Shown here: positions 60,634 through 64,000 of the stretch, one piece after another | Position numbering within the stretch: the first letter of the stretch is position 1 | Layout: each line of letters begins with the position of its first letter | Assembly: GCF_011386835.1 (NCBI RefSeq) | Contig: NC_088795.1 | Location: 91,140,001 to 91,204,000 of the forward strand | DNA length: 64,000 nt | Direction of reading: 5' to 3' | DNA from: Chrysemys picta bellii | Lineage: Eukaryota | Translations under genes and position numbers: made by a program | Notes under the pieces: model-generated | Told to the model about the DNA's origin: nothing | The model's database searches: none | Seen by the model: the letters and a program-made list of their open reading frames with translations, nothing else

Positions 60634-61773
60634 CAGTGATCAAAACCACTGGGACAAAACCATTCCTATACTAACCCTGCTAACATACTCCAATTTTAAG
60701 AATCAAGCAGTCCACATTTAAGGATCATTTTGGGGCAAACTGACTATTTGTAATACAATAATCAAGTGCAAGGACACATAAAAAGCCAATAAACTGTTTT
60801 GAATTTGATGACATCTCACATTACTAGGCACGTAGCGTGTCTGAAGTATAATCCCAGTGTAGAAACAAGGTGTGCCATTTATGTGTGAGTCAACATGGCA
60901 GGAAAAAGAAAGATGGAAAATGCCACCTTCTAGAGTCCCACCATAGTTTTCCCAAAACCTGCCAAAGAGAAGCAGCTCAGAAATTGGGCAGTCCACAACC
61001 TACATTGTCTAAGATTCTCAAAGCCAGGGAGAGCATCATACAAAATGAAGGAGACAGAAAAAGAATGAGGTCAGGCAAGGGCATCTACGGTTGAGGTGGC
61101 GCTTATAAAGCGGATCAGAAATTCCAGAGAGAAATGCCCTCTAAGTGGACCGTTGGTGATGCAAAAAGTAGAACTGGCAGCAGCCCTGGGTGTTACTGAC
61201 TTCAAGGCCAACACTGGCTGATTTGAGCTCTTTAAAAAACAAGAGGGGATTGTTTTTAAGAAAATGCCTGGAGAAGCCAAAGATGCAGACATTAGGGTAC
61301 ACAAAGAATGGTTAGAAAACGAGCGGATTGAACCAAGACAGGACTCTGCTGAAGAAGACATTTGGAATGCAGATGAAAGTAGAAGAATTTACTTTCAAGC
61401 CCTGCCTGATGGCACTTTTATGGTTAAATCAGACAATAAAAAAGGAGGAAAGAAGTCTAAAGAAGGAATTACTGGTCTGTTCATCTGTTCCATGATTGGT
61501 AAGAAAAAGGACCTCATCATCAGGAAAAGTCAAAATCCACAGTGTTTGAAAAATGTGAGACATCTTGCAGCCACCCTGCTGCCAATGCATCTGCTTGGAT
61601 GACAGGCTATCTATTCAGTGAGTGGCTGAACGACTGGGATCAAAAGTTGGGCCTGGAAAGGAGAAAGATTTTGCTACTTGTGGACAACTGCACAGCCCAT
61701 GTGACGAAAGATGTAGCACTGAGGAATATCCGACTTGAATTCCTCCCAAAGAACATAACTTCTATCCTTCAGC
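60634..61773 (+). pseudogene. Tigger/pogo (Tc1-mariner) transposase relic, interrupted by CR1
   Basis: psq-HTH (REAAQKLGSPQPTLSKILK), CENP-B-like HTH and DDE_1 motifs (IWNADE, ASAWMT, ILLLVDNCTAH, LEFLPKNITSILQP) spread across frames with stops; left end tentative (TA|CAGT). Confidence 0.8.
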
Positions 61774-64000
61774 CATAGAATCATAGAATCATAGATTATA
61801 GGACTGGAAGGGACCTCGAGAGGTCATCGAGTCCAGTCCCCTGCCCGCATGGCAGGACCAAATACTGTCTAGACCATCCCTGATAGACATTTATCTAACC
61901 TACTCTTAAATATCTCCAGAGACGGAGATTCCACAACCTCCCTAGGCAATTTATTCCAGTGTTTAACCACCCTGACAGTTAGGAACTTTTTCCTAATGTC
62001 CAACCTAGACCTCCCTTGCTGCAGTTTAAACCCATTGTTTCTGGTTCTATCCTTAGAGGCTAAGGTGAACAAGTTCTCTCCCTCCTCCTCATGACACCCT
62101 TTTAGATACCTGTAAACTGCTATCATGTCCCCTCTCAGTCTTCTCTTCTCCAAAGTAAACAAACCCAGTTCTTTCAGCCTTCCTTCATAGGTCATGTTCT
62201 CAAGACCTTTAATCATTCTTGTTGCTCTTCTTTGGACCCTTTCCAATTTCTCCACATCTTTTTTAAAATGCGGCGCCCAGAACTGGACACAATACTCCAG
62301 CTGAGGCCTAACCAGAGCAGAGTAGAGCGGAAGAATGACTTCTCGTGTCTTGCTCACAACACACCTGTTAATGCATCCCAGAATCATGTTTGCTTTTTTT
62401 GCAACAGCATCACACTGTTGACTCATATTTAGCTTGTGGTCCACTATAACCCCTAGATCCCTTTCTGCCGTACTCCTTCCTAGACAGTCTTTTCCCATTC
62501 TGTATGTGTGAAATTGATTTTTCCTTCCTAAGTGGAGCACTTTGCATTTGTCTTTGTTAAACTTCATCCTGTTTAACTCAGACCATTTCTCCAATTTGTC
62601 CAGATCATTTTGAATTATGACCCTGTCCTCCAAAGTAGTTGCAATCCCTCCCAGTTTGGTATCATCCGCAAACTTAATAAGCGTACTTTCTATGCCAATA
62701 TCTAAGTCGTTGATGAAGATATTGAACAGAGCCGGTCCCAAAACAGACCCCTGCGGAACCCCACTCGTTACGCCTTTCCAGCAGGATTGGGAACCATTAA
62801 TAACAACTCTCTGAGTACGGTTATCCAGCCAGTTATGCACCCACCTTATAGTAGCCCCATCTAATTTGTATTTGCCTAGTTTATCGATAAGAATATCATG
62901 CGAGACCGTATCAAATGCCTTACTAAAGTCTAGGTATACCACATCCACCGCTTCACCCTTATCCACAAGGCTCGTTATTCTATCAAAGAAAGCTATCAGA
63001 TTGGTTTGACGTGATTTGTTCTTCACAAATCCATGCTGGCTGTTCCCTATCACCTTACCACCTTCCAAGTGTTTGCAGATGATTTCCTTAATTACTTGCT
63101 CCATTATCTTCCCTGGCACAGAAGTTAAACTAACTGGTCTGTAGTTACCTGGATTGTTTTTATTTCCCTTTTTATAGATGGGCACTATATTTGCCCTTTT
63201 CCAGTCTTCTGGAATCTCTCCCGTCTCCCATGACTTTCCAAAGATAATAGCTAGAGGCTCAGATACCTCCTCTATTAGCTCCTTGAGTATTCTAGGATGC
63301 ATTTCATCAGGCCCGGGTGACTTGCAGGCATCTAACTTTTCTAAGTGATTTTTAACTTGTTCTTTTTTTATTTTATCCGCTAAACCTACCCCCTTCCCAT
63401 TAGCATTCACTATGTTAGGCATTGCTTCAGACTTCTTGGTGAAGACCGAAACAAAGAAGTCATTAAGCATCTCTGCCATTTCCAAGTTTCCTGTTACTGT
63501 TTCTCCCTCTTCACTAAGCAGTGGGCCTACCCTGTCTTTGGTCTTCCTCTTGCTTCTAATGTATTGATAAAAAGTCTTCTTGTTTCCTTTTATTCCCGTA
63601 GCTAGTTTGAGCTCATTTTGGGCCTTTGCCTTTCTAATCTTGCCCCTGCATTCCTGTGTTGTTTGCCTATATTCCTCCTTTGTAATCTGTCCTAGTTTCC
63701 ATTTTTTATATGACTCCTTTTTATTTTTTAGATCGTGCAAGATCTCATGGTTAAGCCAAGGTGGTCTTTTGCCACATTTTCTATCTTTCCTAACCAGCGG
63801 AATAGCTTGCTTTTGGGCCCTTAATAGTGTCCCTTTGAAAAACTGCCAACTCTCCTCAGTTGTTTTTCCCCTCAGTCTTGATTCCCATGGGACCTTACCT
63901 ATCAGCTCTCTGAGCTTCCCAAAATCTGCCTTCCTGAAATCCATTGTCTCTATTTTGCTGTTCTCCCTTCTACCCTTCGTTAGAATTGCAAACTCTATGA
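61774..64000 (-). mobile_element. CR1 LINE 3' portion, extends beyond the window
   Basis: (ATTCTATG)n-type tail at 61774-61796; ORF2 open from the window edge to TAG at 61869-61871. Confidence 0.95.
61869..63998 (-). CDS. CR1 ORF2 reverse transcriptase (partial, uninterrupted)
   Basis: The reverse complement of 63942-63944 onward gives MDFRKADF...; motifs [26 protein letters not shown]. The track strand label (+) is wrong. Confidence 0.93.
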   Translation of the reverse strand: MEFAILTKGRRENSKIETMDFRKADFGKLRELIGKVPWESRLRGKTTEESWQFFKGTLLRAQKQAIPLVRKDRKCGKRPPWLNHEILHDLKNKKESYKKWKLGQITKEEYRQTTQECRGKIRKAKAQNELKLATGIKGNKKTFYQYIRSKRKTKDRVGPLLSEEGETVTGNLEMAEMLNDFFVSVFTKKSEAMPNIVNANGKGVGLADKIKKEQVKNHLEKLDACKSPGPDEMHPRILKELIEEVSEPLAIIFGKSWETGEIPEDWKRANIVPIYKKGNKNNPGNYRPVSLTSVPGKIMEQVIKEIICKHLEGGKVIGNSQHGFVKNKSRQTNLIAFFDRITSLVDKGEAVDVVYLDFSKAFDTVSHDILIDKLGKYKLDGATIRWVHNWLDNRTQRVVINGSQSCWKGVTSGVPQGSVLGPALFNIFINDLDIGIESTLIKFADDTKLGGIATTLEDRVIIQNDLDKLEKWSELNRMKFNKDKCKVLHLGRKNQFHTYRMGKDCLGRSTAERDLGVIVDHKLNMSQQCDAVAKKANMILGCINRCVVSKTREVILPLYSALVRPQLEYCVQFWAPHFKKDVEKLERVQRRATRMIKGLENMTYEGRLKELGLFTLEKRRLRGDMIAVYRYLKGCHEEEGENLFTLASKDRTRNNGFKLQQGRSRLDIRKKFLTVRVVKHWNKLPREVVESPSLEIFKSRLDKCLSGMV

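Noticed and set aside
60870-61778. Domesticated TIGD gene
   Set aside because: Domains are split over several frames with in-frame stops and are interrupted by CR1.
61869-63944. ORF track lists the 691-aa ORF on the + strand
   Set aside because: The peptide MDFRKADF... is only obtained from the reverse complement (plus strand reads ...cttcctgaaatccat at 63930-63944). It is a - strand CR1 ORF2.
1-64000. CRISPR arrays, rRNA or bona fide tRNA genes
   Set aside because: No regularly spaced repeat-spacer array or rRNA-like sequence. The tRNA-like boxes (about 44100, about 51980) lack a cloverleaf and fit SINE heads.

Overview
Vertebrate genomic DNA, most likely a turtle (inferred from the repeat families, not proven). 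It holds two convergent host genes. On the + strand is the 3' part of CLOCK: 16 coding exons from PAS-A to the stop (1658..33035), all GT-AG and phase-consistent, with the bHLH exons upstream of the window. On the - strand is a complete 6-exon TMEM165 (59481->48463, 327 aa) with a CpG-island promoter. The introns are dense with mobile DNA: a decayed full-length DIRS retrotransposon, Penelope-like element (PLE) fragments carrying minimal hammerhead-ribozyme motifs, Harbinger and hAT MITEs, a Tigger relic, and a young CR1 LINE running off the right edge. The CR1 is on the - strand although the supplied ORF track labels it +. The most notable objects are: (1) a 6.5-kb two-gene Harbinger (intact DDE transposase plus spliced Myb/SANT partner) nested three layers deep in a CLOCK intron, with a 953-bp internal duplication that creates a frameshifting chimeric exon; (2) one intact PLE-type minimal hammerhead and a second insertion whose breakpoint sits at the predicted ribozyme cleavage site; (3) an in-frame, strong-Kozak uORF in the TMEM165 leader. 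All coordinates were read by eye and no database searches were run.
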